Positions 28,174 through 39,930 of a stretch of DNA of 64,000 nt are shown here, in pieces. The position numbers and the translations under genes are program-made. The notes beneath the pieces are model-generated. The model did no database searches. It worked only from the letters and a program-made list of their open reading frames with translations, and was not told where the DNA came from. Source of the DNA: Octopus bimaculoides (lineage: Eukaryota). The stretch spans positions 21,316,641 to 21,380,640 of the forward strand of contig NC_068995.1 of assembly GCF_001194135.2 (NCBI RefSeq). The letters are read 5' to 3'. Positions within the stretch are counted from its first letter, which is position 1, and each line of letters opens with the position of its first letter.

Positions 28174-28922
28174 ACGACGACNNNNNNNNNNNNNNNNNNN
28201 NNNNNNNNNNNNNNNNNNNNNNNNNNNNNNNNNNNNNNNNNNNNNNNNNNNNNNNNNNNNNNNNNNNNNNNNNNNNNNNNNNNNNNNNNNNNNNNNNNNN
28301 NNNNNNNNNNNNNNNNNNNNNNNNNNNNNNNNNNNNNNNNNNNNNNNNNNNNNNNNNNNNNNNNNNNNNNNNNNNNNNNNNNNNNNNNNNNNNNNNNNNN
28401 NNNNNNNNNNNNNNNNNNNNNNNNNNNNNNNNNNNNNNNNNNNNNNNNNNNNNNNNNNNNNNNNNNNNNNNNNNNNNNNNNNNNNNNNNNNNNNNNNNNN
28501 NNNNNNNNNNNNNNNNNNNNNNNNNNNNNNNNNNNNNNNNNNNNNNNNNNNNNNNNNNNNNNNNNNNNNNNNNNNNNNNNNNNNNNNNNNNNNNNNNNNN
28601 NNNNNNNNNNNNNNNNNNNNNNNNNNNNNNNNNNNNNNNNNNNNNNNNNNNNNNNNNNNNNNNNNNNNNNNNNNNNNNNNNNNNNNNNNNNNNNNNNNNN
28701 NNNNNNNNNNNNNNNNNNNNNNNNNNNNNNNNNNNNNNCAACAACAACAAGACGATGACGACGACGACGAAGAAGAAGAAGAACAAGAAGATAAAGAAGA
28801 AGACGACGACGACGACGAAGAAGAAGAAGAATAAGGAATAAGAAGAAGAAGAAGACGACGACGACGAAGAAGAAGAAGAAGACGATGACGACGACGACGA
28901 AGAAGAAGAAGAAGAAAAAGAA

Positions 28923-28960
<38 letters not shown>

Positions 28961-29455
28961 AGAAGAAGAAGAAAAAGAAAAAGAAGAAGAAGAACAAGAA
29001 GAACAACAACAACAACGACAACAAGACGATGACGACGACGAAGAAGAAGAAGAAGAAAAAGAAGAAGAAGAAGAAGAAGAGGAAGAAGGAAGAGGAGAAG
29101 AAGAAGAAGAAGAAGAAGAAAAAGAAAAAGAAGACGACGACGACGACGATGACGAAGAAGAAGAAGAAGAAGAAGAAGAACAACAACAACAGGACGATGA
29201 CGGCGACGACGAAGAAGAAGAAGAAGAAAAAGAAGAAGAAGAAGAAAAAGAAGAAGAAGAAGAAGAAAAAGAAGAAGAAGAAGAAAAAGAAGAAGAAGAA
29301 GAAGAAGGAAGTGGACAAGAAGAAGAAGAAGACGACGACGACGACGACGACGACGACGANNNNNNNNNNNNNNNNNAAGAAGACGACGACGACGACGACG
29401 AAGAAGAAGAAGAAGAAGAAGAAGAAGAAGAAGAAGAAGAAGAAGAAGAAGACAG
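28086..29455. repeat. Large compound trinucleotide array (AAT/AAG/GAC/AAC) with gaps
   Basis: Direct reading; it accounts for the poly-S/F/K ORFs. Confidence 0.95.
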
Positions 29456-29871
29456 GAGTTGAATAGTCATGGGGAACTCAAAATCAGGCTCCAGAATAAA
29501 CGGATGAAAGAACAACAGTTAAGATCCTGTTTCATCCGTGGGGTTTGAATAGCTACGGAGATACATGTAGTTAAGAGGGTCATTAAGCTTATTGTGTTTT
29601 CTCAAAATATTATCAGGAGCAAAGGAGGAGATTTTGTTTAAAGGTACTTTATGTGCAGTTCGTCAATGAGTGCCATAACGTCCAAATAGGACAACACACA
29701 CGCTCAGACACACATACACATATAAGCGTACTCATACACACTGAAATACATGTGTGCACGTATATGCCGTAGTTTCTCTCTGTCTTTCTCTATCTCTCTT
29801 TCTCCCTCATTCACCCAACCTCTCCTATTATATACATATACATACATATATATATGCATATGTATATGTAT

Positions 29872-29954
<83 letters not shown>

Positions 29955-31099
29955 AGTTAATGTGAGCGCACGGTGGAGGTGCGTACAAGTGTGTGTATGC
30001 ATACAAGCATTACTATATACCGATATCTCTAATAGATATTCATGCACAGAAATACTAGAGATTGATTGATGACGAAGGCAAAGTAGTGAAATAAGAAATA
30101 ACAGGAGTTGGGAATTCATTGAAAAGATGGAAGTGAAGATCTGAAGGTGACATAATTACAGAGATGATATAAGAAGGAATATAAAAGATAAAAGAATATT
30201 GTTAGTAATGGAGGAGAACTTATAAGAACAGAAATAATTAAAAACATGAGACAAGAACTAAAAGAAGGACACGAAATATTCTTGATGGAGTAAAATGCAC
30301 ATTTTATGTAAACCGGTTATCAATTATAGACGAATTGTCAGTTCGGAAACATTTTCTATATTTCGTATATTGTTAGGAATATTACGTTAAGAAAATATGG
30401 AAGAATGGTTAATGGTTAATTTTGAATTAAGAAATAACCATGTAGTTTGCATTTGATGTTTTCAGGCAATCGATCGTGTGAGAAAATTGTCTGTAATATT
30501 GGTGTGTAGAGCGTAGAGAAGAGATAGTGTGCAGAAAACAATATCGACAGGAAAATACGTTCTGCATAACATTTTCTGTATTTCAATAGTGGTTTCTTCT
30601 GATTAGACCCAATAATAAATAGTGAAAGCTTGGGCATGCAATCGATTTGCTCAACCGCTACCCATTTTATCGACGCCTCCTCAAAGATGCTATCACTTAG
30701 GATTCGAACTCGGAATTAAATATTCTAACACCTTTAGATCAATACTCTAAAAATACACATAGTCACCGCTTTTAGAAAGTCTTAAAACACAAATATTCAT
30801 GGAAATGACACGATTGTAGAATTTACTCCCTTTCCGTCACAAAGGTCATTAGGAAAGCTCGAACTGAACCTTATATATCTCGTGCCTTTTCCTTACGCTT
30901 TAAAATTATGTAACAGCATTACTAAAATCTCTTTGAATGTGATACGTGTGTATGAAGGGTGTTTATTGTCAGTTATTATTTATCGACTTACATCGTCCAA
31001 TATTGATGTAGGTACGATAAGTAGCAGTAATAATGGAGAGAAAGATACATATATCTCATAGAAGGCCATCACGCATTTAAAAATGGCTTCGTGATTTAT

Positions 31100-31154
31100 T
31101 ATTGTTGTTGTTGTTATTATTATTATCATTATTATTATTATTAGTAGTAGTAGC

Positions 31155-31192
<38 letters not shown>

Positions 31193-31290
31193 GAAGAGAA
31201 GGAGGACGAAGAAAAGGAGAGGAGGAGGAGGAATAAGAGAAGGAGAGGAGGAGGATGAAGAAGAAGAAGAAGAGGAGTAGGAGGAGGGGA
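31100..31290. repeat. Compound (TTG/TTA/TAG/GAG/GAA) microsatellite
   Basis: Direct reading. Confidence 0.9.
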
Positions 31291-31404
31291 GGAACAGCAG
31301 CATTTGTATCATCGCGTCCACAACAGTTCCCTGAATATATAGACGGTAGATGTTACTTTGAAGGCACTGCCCTCCCTAGTGTAACTATTGTTTTTAAGAT
31401 ATTA

Positions 31405-31722
31405 CGGAGATGTACTTGCATAGCAAGTGACCTGATCTGAGATTGTGTGCTAGAACGAAAAGAATTGCAGCGTGGAAGGTGTTTATACGCCATTTAAGAA
31501 ACACATAACAATCGTTAGATTCACTTCAACATTTAAATTTAATTTGCCAAAATACTTTCGCCGCTTTGAGACATCGAGCACGGGATTTTGTCAGTGAACA
31601 AGTCGCAGTCTCAAAGCGACGAAAATATTTTGGCATATTAAATTTAAATGTTGAAGAGAACCTAACGGTTTTTGTGTGTTTCTCAAATGGTTTAGAAATA
31701 TCTTCCATGCTGCAATTGTTTT
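31405..31722. mobile_element. Foldback/MITE-like element with about 115-bp imperfect inverted arms
   Basis: 31458-31572 is the reverse complement of 31608-31722; the inner 38 bp match with 3 mismatches. The spacer is 35 nt and there is no coding capacity. Confidence 0.8.
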
Positions 31723-32304
31723 AAGATATTTTTTTTTGTCAGTTTGCTGAATTTTTCCAAACCCATTTTAACAATGCAGTTCATTCTGTTACTACTGGTA
31801 TGGTGCAATTAGTTATGTTCAACACTCCAGAGATTTCAATCTGAACGTCTATATATCATTTCTTTTTCTGAACTTATCTGGGGTTTCACAGTCAGCCGGT
31901 ATTGTCATATCAATCAGTATACAAGTTTTGTTTTTGGTGGTTTCGAATTATAGTGTTTCACCCTTTTGTTTTGATCTGTATGCACTGACATATCCCATAC
32001 CATGCTACCATTAAATTATTGGCAACCGTCTCTAGTTAGTGATAATACCATTTTCAAAGAACTTGATGTTAGAGTCCCTGCACTCTTTTTATTGTGGCTT
32101 TGTAGCTCTCTGGTAGACAGATCTATTCTCCTTTACTTTTGTTCATGTTGCCACCAAGCAGAAAGTCGCGATTAATGATGCCACATATTCTACTCATAGT
32201 GTACGCGCTATCTTTAACGATGAGATAAACGTATGATTTTGATCTTGGACGGCGATGACAATGTCCTTCAGTTTTGCATTGAATTCAACAAATTTGTATT
32301 AAAG

Positions 32305-32460
32305 CGGGGAGAAGGCAGAGTTAGGACGCTGAGCAAAGTGCTTAGCAACATTTCTTTCGGTATTTTACGTTCTTAGTTCAAATGCCGCCGATATTGAATT
32401 TAATTTTCATTTTTTGGGGCGAAAGAATAAGTACCAGTTAAGCATAGGTGTCACTTTAAT
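32305..32460 (+). mobile_element. Degenerate SINE family B copy
   Basis: gttaggacgctgagcaaagtgcttagcaacatttc...gttcttagttcaaatgccgccg...aataagtaccagtt aligns to other family B copies. Confidence 0.65.
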
Positions 32461-33240
32461 TTGCTTTGTGGCAAAATTTGAAATCATTATATTTTTGTGT
32501 TGATGATATTCTACTGTTGGTCAAAAACTTTGTGGTTATTTACCACATCAGAACTTTTACATCGCAATTATCCTCATTAGTCAATGAGCCTGTTGTTTTA
32601 CCTATCCTTTTATTTCGCGTGCAAAATATTTCATTGTTTCGTGTTCATATTTTGTTAATTCAGGAATATTCAATTCTGGTGAAAATTTCTCCAAGTATTT
32701 CATGATAGAATATGGTTTCTCTTGCAACGCATTGTTTCACAATTTCCCCACCGGTGTTTGTGATGTTGAATGATAGGTGAAGTGTCTAGACTTATGATGG
32801 TGGTTTTGTAGACTAGTTAGAGTTGCCTTCTATTTTACTATAAACTCTGTTACTATTTAATTTTGGATTTTGCATCATGGCTATCGCCAAACTTTTCCTT
32901 GTTTTAGTATCTGATTTTTTAATTCCATTAATAGTCCAATATATGATGCTGAAACTGTGAGCTACAGCAGTCAAACTAACACATTGATTGCATCAAATCG
33001 GCTACAAGTCATTGTATCATTTTTACTCACCTGTAACAATATTTTCTAAAATTACCTGTTGTGACAGAGTGTTCTGTACCAACTCCTTCATTGATACCTA
33101 AATAGTTATGCCTTCTTGATCAAGTATTTGATTTCGAGGGTACTAACAAGGTGTGTCAGGTGTAACCGTATTCTTACACCTATCTTTACACCTTTAGAAC
33201 ATCTAAAAAAAAAAGACTATATTTTACAATATCTTACCTA

Positions 33241-33645
33241 CTCTAGGCACAAGGCCCGAAATTTTGGGGCAGTGGGCCAAACCATTAGATTGATTCCAGT
33301 ACACAAATGATACTTAATTTATCGACCTTGAAAGGATGAAAGGAAAAGTCGACCTCGGCGAAAGACAGACGAAATGCTGCTAAGCACTTTGCTAGGCATG
33401 TTAACGTTTCTTATGTTTTATTGCCCACAAGGGGCTGAACATAGAGGGGACAAACAAGGACACACAAAGGGATTAAGTCGATTGCATCAACCCCAGTGCG
33501 TAACTGGTACTTAATTTATCAACCTCGAAAGGATGAAAGCAAAGTCGACTTCGGCGAAATTTGAACTCAGAACGTAATGGCAGACGAAATCCCGCTAAGC
33601 ATTTCGCCCGGACGGCATTCTAACGTTTCTACCAGCTCGCCACCT
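33241..33645 (-). mobile_element. Two tandem SINE family B copies (33241-33410, 33420-33645)
   Basis: The minus strand of the second copy reads aggtggcgagctggtagaaacgttag...gttctgagttcaaatttcgccgaagtcgac...aattaagtaccagttacgcactgggg (tRNA-like head with B box). The first copy shares the body. Confidence 0.85.
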
Positions 33646-33928
33646 TTCTATTTTACAATATCAGTGAAACTTTTTCCTAAGGTTAGTAGATCAGTTTGTT
33701 TATTATCGTTCATGGCGAAGATCTTCAGATTGTTCCTATAAAACAGCTCATTTCACTTCTTTCAACTTCATGCCAATAGTTACTGGTGTTGAGTGAAGTG
33801 AAGAATGGAGCAAGTCCAACACACAAAAGTATTCGAGTAAGTGAACATTTCTGAAAATTTCCATTTCTCGATACGCTTTGACGCTAGTGAAACATCTGAT
33901 GTTCCGATGGTGTTGCTATATGATTATT

Positions 33929-34195
33929 CTTTTAGTTTTTAGCTTCTAGTTGTTTCAGTCATTAGACTGCGGTTATGCTGGGGCACTGCCATGAAGACTT
34001 TTAGTCAAACTAATGGACCCTAGCGCTTATTTTCTTTTTAAACCTGGTATTTATTGTATCGGTCTCTTTTGCTGATCCACTAAGTTACATGGACGTAAAC
34101 ACAACAACACCGGTTGTCAAGGAGTGGTGAAGGACAAAAACAGGCACAAAGACACAACACATATAGAAACATACAAAGAGGCACTGACATACATA
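33929..34195 (-). mobile_element. SINE family A 3' half
   Basis: Reverse complement matches the 7030-7223 tail (ttgacaaccgg...gtttacgt...aaaagagaccgata...gactgaaacaac). Confidence 0.8.
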
Positions 34196-34255
34196 CACGC
34201 TGATATAGGTATATATTTGAGCATATACGTATTTTTTTTTATTTTCTCATCCCTC

Positions 34256-34307
<52 letters not shown>

Positions 34308-34883
34308 NNNNNNNNNNNNNNNNNNNNNNNNNNNNNNNNNNNNNNNNNNNNNNNNNNNNNNNNNNNNNNNNNNNNNNNNNNNNNNNNNNNNNNNNNNNNN
34401 NNNNNNNNNNNNNNNNNNNNNNNNNNNNNNNNNNNNNNNNNNNNNNNNNNNNNNNNNNNNNNNNNNNNNNNNNNNNNNNNNNNNNNNNNNNNNNNNNNNN
34501 NNNNNNNNNNNNNNNNNNNNNNNNNNNNNNNNNNNNNNNNNNNNNNNNNNNNNNNNNNNNNNNNNNNNNNNNNNNNNNNNNNNNNNNNNNNNNNNNNNNN
34601 NNNNNNNNNNNNNNNNNNNNNNNNNNNNNNNNNNNNNNNNNNNNNNNNNNNNNNNNNNNNNNNNNNNNNNNNNNNNNNNNNNNNNNNNNNNNNNNNNNNN
34701 NNNNNNNNNNNNNNNNNNNNNNNNNNNNNNNNNNNNNNNNNNNNNNNNNNNNNNNNNNNNNNNNNNNNNNNNNNNNNNNNNNNNNNNNNNNNNNNNNNNN
34801 NNNNNNNNNNNNNNNNNNNNNNNNNNNNNNNNNNNNNNNNNNNNNNNNNNNNNNNNNNNNNNNNNNNNNNNNNNNNNNNNNNN

Positions 34884-34922
<39 letters not shown>

Positions 34923-35543
34923 ATAATTTATAGATAGATATATCAGACACACATACATTCATACATACATGTGTGTGTGTGTGTGTGCGCGTGCCTGTTT
35001 GTGTGTGTAAGTATATTCACGTAAAGTCACATTTAATACATTGGAGTATACTCGAACGTAGGAAACATTTCGCAGCGGAAATGTTATTGGCAGAAAATTC
35101 GCTTCCTGGACGAGATGTATGATAATGCATTGTGCTTTGAAAGGCAGCGAGCTGGCAGAAAAGTTAGCACGCCGGACGAAATGCCTAGTGGTAGAGAAAC
35201 GCACTAGGTAGAGAAACGCACTGTATACATTGGTAGGCCATTAAAATAAACATACCAAATTGTCCATTTAGAAAGTCATATGATAGATAAAAGGGAGGAA
35301 GAAAGACAGAGAGAAAAGAATAAAAAATAAAAACGTAAACAAAGAAAATAAAGGAAAGAAAATTCACAGCGACGATGCATTTCTCAATATGTGTGACGTA
35401 CCAGTTAAGACAAATTTTTGCGCTTTCTGCATAGATGGTAGACCAAGGATCATTCATAAAGAATTTCCAGTTCCGTTCTTAACCATTCCAAGTACTTGTA
35501 TAATGACTGGTATTGTAACCGTGCAATTTTCTGTATGTTATAT

Positions 35544-37534
35544 TATTATTATTGTTCAGTAGTTTTATTTTTATAACGTGCTTTCACTTCACTACCGAGC
35601 GCAGCTGTGTGCGCCTTGGCTATGTGCTGTGGTTTGCTGTGGTGCTCTTATGGTTACTGTATTGAAAGTGTTTTGCGTAGGATGTGTGCAGTGCCCATTA
35701 GTGCAATTTTCTGTATGTTATATATATTTGTAAGTCCTGGTGTTTTTGTTATGTATTTGTCTGAATATTTTTTATTATACCTAAGACACCTACTATGATA
35801 GGAATTGTTTGTTTTTAGATTCCACATTCGAGTTACCTCTATTTCCAGGTCTTTGTATTTTGAAAGTTTTTCCATTTCTGCTGGTATTGATACATCAATT
35901 AGAAAGCATTTGCCTTAATTTCTCTATCTGTGTGTATTGGCATATCTCAGTGTATGGTTGCTTTATCGTTTTCTGTGACCTTTTCTGGCGTGTGTTTATA
36001 ACATCTTTTTTCTGTTGTTATTCCATAGTGTTGGCATAGCTTCCAGTATATATAGGTCCCAGCTCTGTCGTGTCTGTGAATATATTCCTTCTTAGCCAGG
36101 ACTGGGCAGCCAGAGATAATATGATTTATTGTTTCTTGTCGATCTCCACATATTCTACAGTTACTTGTTATGTTTCTTTTCATTATATGTTTTTGNNNNN
36201 NNNNNNNNNNNNNNNNNNNNNNNNNNNNNNNNNNNNNNNNNNNNNNNNNNNNNNNNNNNNNNNNNNNNNNNNNNNNNNNNNNNNNNNNNNNNNNNNNNNN
36301 NNNNNNNNNNNNNNNNNNNNNNNNNNNNNNNNNNNNNNNNNNNNNNNNNNNNNNNNNNNNNNNNNNNNNNNNNNNNNNNNNNNNNNNNNNNNNNNNNNNN
36401 NNNNNNNNNNNNNNNNNNNNNNNNNNNNNNNNNNNNNNNNNNNNNNNNNNNNNNNNNNNNNNNNNNNNNNNNNNNNNNNNNNNNNNNNNNNNNNNNNNNN
36501 NNNNNNNNNNNNNNNNNNNNNNNNNNNNNNNNNNNNNNNNNNNNNNNNNNNNNNNNNNNNNNNNNNNNNNNNNNNNNNNNNNNNNNNNNNNNNNNNNNNN
36601 NNNNNNNNNNNNNNNNNNNNNNNNNNNNNNNNNNNNNNNNNNNNNNNNNNNNNNNNNNNNNNNNNNNNNNNNNNNNNNNNNNNNNNNNNNNNNNNNNNNN
36701 NNNNNNNNNNNNNNNNNNNNNNNNNNNNNNNNNNNNNNNNNNNNNNNNNNNNNNNNNNNNNNNNNNNNNNNNNNNNNNNNNNNNNNNNNNNNNNNNNNNN
36801 NNNNNNNNNNNNNNNNNNNNNNNNNNNNNNNNNNNNNNNNNNNNNNNNNNNNNNNNNNNNNNNNNNNNNNNNNNNNNNNNNNNNNNNNNNNNNNNNNNNN
36901 NNNNNNNNNNNNNNNNNNNNNNNNNNNNNNNNNNNNNNNNNNNNNNNNNNNNNNNNNNNNNNNNNNNNNNNNNNNNNNNNNNNNNNNNNNNNNNNNNNNN
37001 NNNNNNNNNNNNNNNNNNNNNNNNNNNNNNNNNNNNNNNNNNNNNNNNNNNNNNNNNNNNNNNNNNNNNNNNNNNNNNNNNNNNNNNNNNNNNNNNNNNN
37101 NNNNNNNNNNNNNNNNNNNNNNNNNNNNNNNNNNNNNNNNNNNNNNNNNNNNNNNNNNNNNNNNNNNNNNNNNNNNNNNNNNTTTATCTAGTGTTATATT
37201 GCTGCTTTTAACTAATTTTCCTCTTTTCAGGGTTGCTTTGGCACATTTTTCTAATCCGAATTTCATATCTATTTCCTTGGTAAAGCCGTGTACTGTCCGT
37301 AGTAGTGTTTCAAGCTCTTTGTCATTTTTAGCATATAATTTTAGGTCATCCATATATAGAAGGTGGCAGACTGTTTTCCCGTAGCATTTGTAACCGCATC
37401 CAGTTCTATTTAGCAATTCAGTTAAATGTGTGAGTGCCAGGCAGAACAGGAGTGGAGAGAGCGTGTCTCCCTGGAATATTCCTCTTCTAATGGGGATGGC
37501 TTTCGTTTTCACAAGTCCGTCTTTTGTTTGGAGC
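35544..37534 (-). mobile_element. 5'-truncated R4/Dong-clade non-LTR retrotransposon with intact 3' end, relatively young; central gap
   Basis: RRGIFQGDTLSPLLFCLAL, CHLLYMDDLKLY, FGLEKC, CCHC CRICGDRQETINHIISGC, RHD, C-terminal EKLSKYKDLEIE...IQKIALMGTAHILRKTL*, a short 3'UTR and an (AAT)n tail. N gap at 36196-37182. Confidence 0.95.
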
Positions 37535-37729
37535 TTATTATTATTATTGTTGTTGTTGTTGTTATCATTATTATTATTATTGATCGTGACAGATACATGG
37601 GAGACTGAAGAGGATATATTACTCCGGAGAGGCACATTTCAGCCTTTGTATAAGTGTATCTTTGTATCAGTGTGTGTATGTGCACGTGTGCATGTGTGCT
37701 TGCCGATGTGATTTTCTAAGAATGACTGT

Positions 37730-37834
37730 CTGTGTACATCTATATATATATATCTGTGTGTGTGTGTGTGTGTGCGCGCGCGCGTGTGTGTGTGTGCGCG
37801 CGTGTGTGTGTGTGTGTGTGCATATGCATGTATG

Positions 37835-37919
<85 letters not shown>

Positions 37920-37995
37920 TCACACTCACATACATACATACATATACACATATACATATACACACACACAAACACACACACATATATATATATAA
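37730..37995. repeat. Compound (GT)/(GC)/(AT)/(AC) microsatellite
   Basis: Direct reading. Confidence 0.95.
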
Positions 37996-39569
37996 AAGTT
38001 CTTCTGTGTATCTCCGTATAAAATGTCCTTAGGGTGTTGGCCCTTTTTAACATTTGAGATGAGAAAGAAGTGATGTAGAGACTAAGAGAAAGGGAGTGAG
38101 AGCAGGAGAGAGAAAATGACGCAGTACTTAAATATTAAAATAAGGGATGACATAAAAAGTTAGTGAAGGTTGATATATTAGTACAATTCTTGTATGCAAT
38201 TTAAAGCAATTTTCTCTCTTGAATTAGGCGCGTATTGTAATATAAAACCCATTAGAACCTTCATCATTTCTCAAACTGAGTACTTTAGAATATATCAAAG
38301 AAGCTTAACCTCAAACAAAAAAGAGTGAACCAACATAGAGATGCTGCAAGCTTTTTCTGTTGAGGTCGATTCGAGCTATCACATTGATGTCCTACTTTGT
38401 TTTCAATGGGTATCCTAGGGTCACAGTTATTTCGGCTCTGAGCAAGAGATACTGAATTAGCTTTCGCCAACAACAATAGGGACTGAATTAGTTTTCCCCT
38501 ACAGCAACGGAGACTAAATTTGACTTTCGCCTACATCCAGAATCACTTCGTGCCGGTCATAGCTGCAACGGTGATCTTCCTAGTGTATTTCCTTATTTAT
38601 CTGAGTTCCAAAATAAAGTTCTGCTAGAAATAGACACCGAAATTGCTGGAAAATTTCCATAATTAATTTCAAATTGACAATTAGGACTCACAATTCTTTG
38701 TAAGAACTCATCCACCAAAGTATGTGGGCTTCAATTGATATTATATGCGATCAGCCAATCGTGGCAGATTTAGCGGCGAATTCGTCTAGAAACTTCTGAG
38801 TTTCGAGTTTGAATTCAAAGATGTAAGATTTGTCGATTTAACACGTTAACATATGTATTTTTTTCTATTTTTGGCAAAGAGTGGCCTCGTATTGCTGTAT
38901 CAAATGACTTCCATATCAAGAATACTCACCCAAAATATGCTGTACACTATAAAATAACATCAGTGTGATGATTCAAGAAGGTCAGCGATATCTCGAAGGA
39001 GCAACCCCGAGTAACTTTAGCACTATGATAGACAATTATATTCTGTTGTAATTTTTCTCTTTTTGGAAAATTCAAAAGTATATGCACAGATATTGACAAA
39101 TGTATATACGCATACATATATCACTATGTGTACATTTATGTATGTACAAATGCGTGGATATATATGTATATATGATGATTGCTTCCTCTTGAGAAATGAT
39201 AGCCGTCCCATCAACACACACCACATAGTACACCCCATCGCACAGTACAATCACTCCGTTGATGAGCCCTTAGACGGCTTTTAAAACCAGCTGCTGACTG
39301 ACAGGTTTAGAACACAAGTGACAGATATTATTTAGATTTCTTCTATATCTTTGACCTTTGGAATCTTATTCTGAAGGTATGTTTTGTGAACTAGCATACG
39401 TCTTTTAAGTCTAGATATTGTCTAACGAGTTGTTTGACATATGACACAAGTTATAAGAGGTGGTTGGTGTCCGAGATCATTACCTATCTGGGAATTACAA
39501 TTTTCATGTGACTTCATAAGGTTCACGTATCCTACTTTTGACAACAGAACACGATTACATATAATACAT

Positions 39570-39930
39570 ATCGAATGTTCATTGTTGATTACAGTTCTAA
39601 TTGTTCCTTTTACGACAGGTCCTTTTAAGCTCAGAATGCTGAATCATCTTTTCCTCCCACCAGGCATTACAACCAGTCCTAACAGCACCCCTCCACTCGT
39701 TCCATCTAGAGCATCATTTTCCCAATCACTTTTGTTCATATCTAGTTTCTTCAGGTTTTCCTTTACAGTCTTCGTACCTTTTCCTCGGCTTATGTTGTGG
39801 TCGCTTACCAGAGTTCAGCTCACCATAAGAAAGACGTTTTGGCAAATGCTTGCCTTTCAATCTAATAGCATGTCCAGTCCATCTAATTTGAGCCAAGATA
39901 AAATGTTATTCAATTGAGCTGCAATTATTT
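39570..39930 (-). mobile_element. RTE-clade LINE 3' fragment
   Basis: Minus translation ILAQIRWTGHAIRLKGKHLPKRLSYGELNSGKRPQHKPRKRYED, then a shift to VKENLKKLD...WENDALD...WRGAV, the characteristic RTE ORF2 C-terminus. Confidence 0.85.

Noticed and set aside
29500-29539. Hairpin ACGGATGAAA...TTTCATCCGT; a similar short one at 61069-61100
   Set aside because: Too short for a pre-miRNA, and single short inverted repeats are expected by chance in 64 kb.
35190-35222. 16-nt tandem duplication ggtagagaaacgcact at a SINE head truncation
   Set aside because: Small slippage or repair scar with no sign of function.
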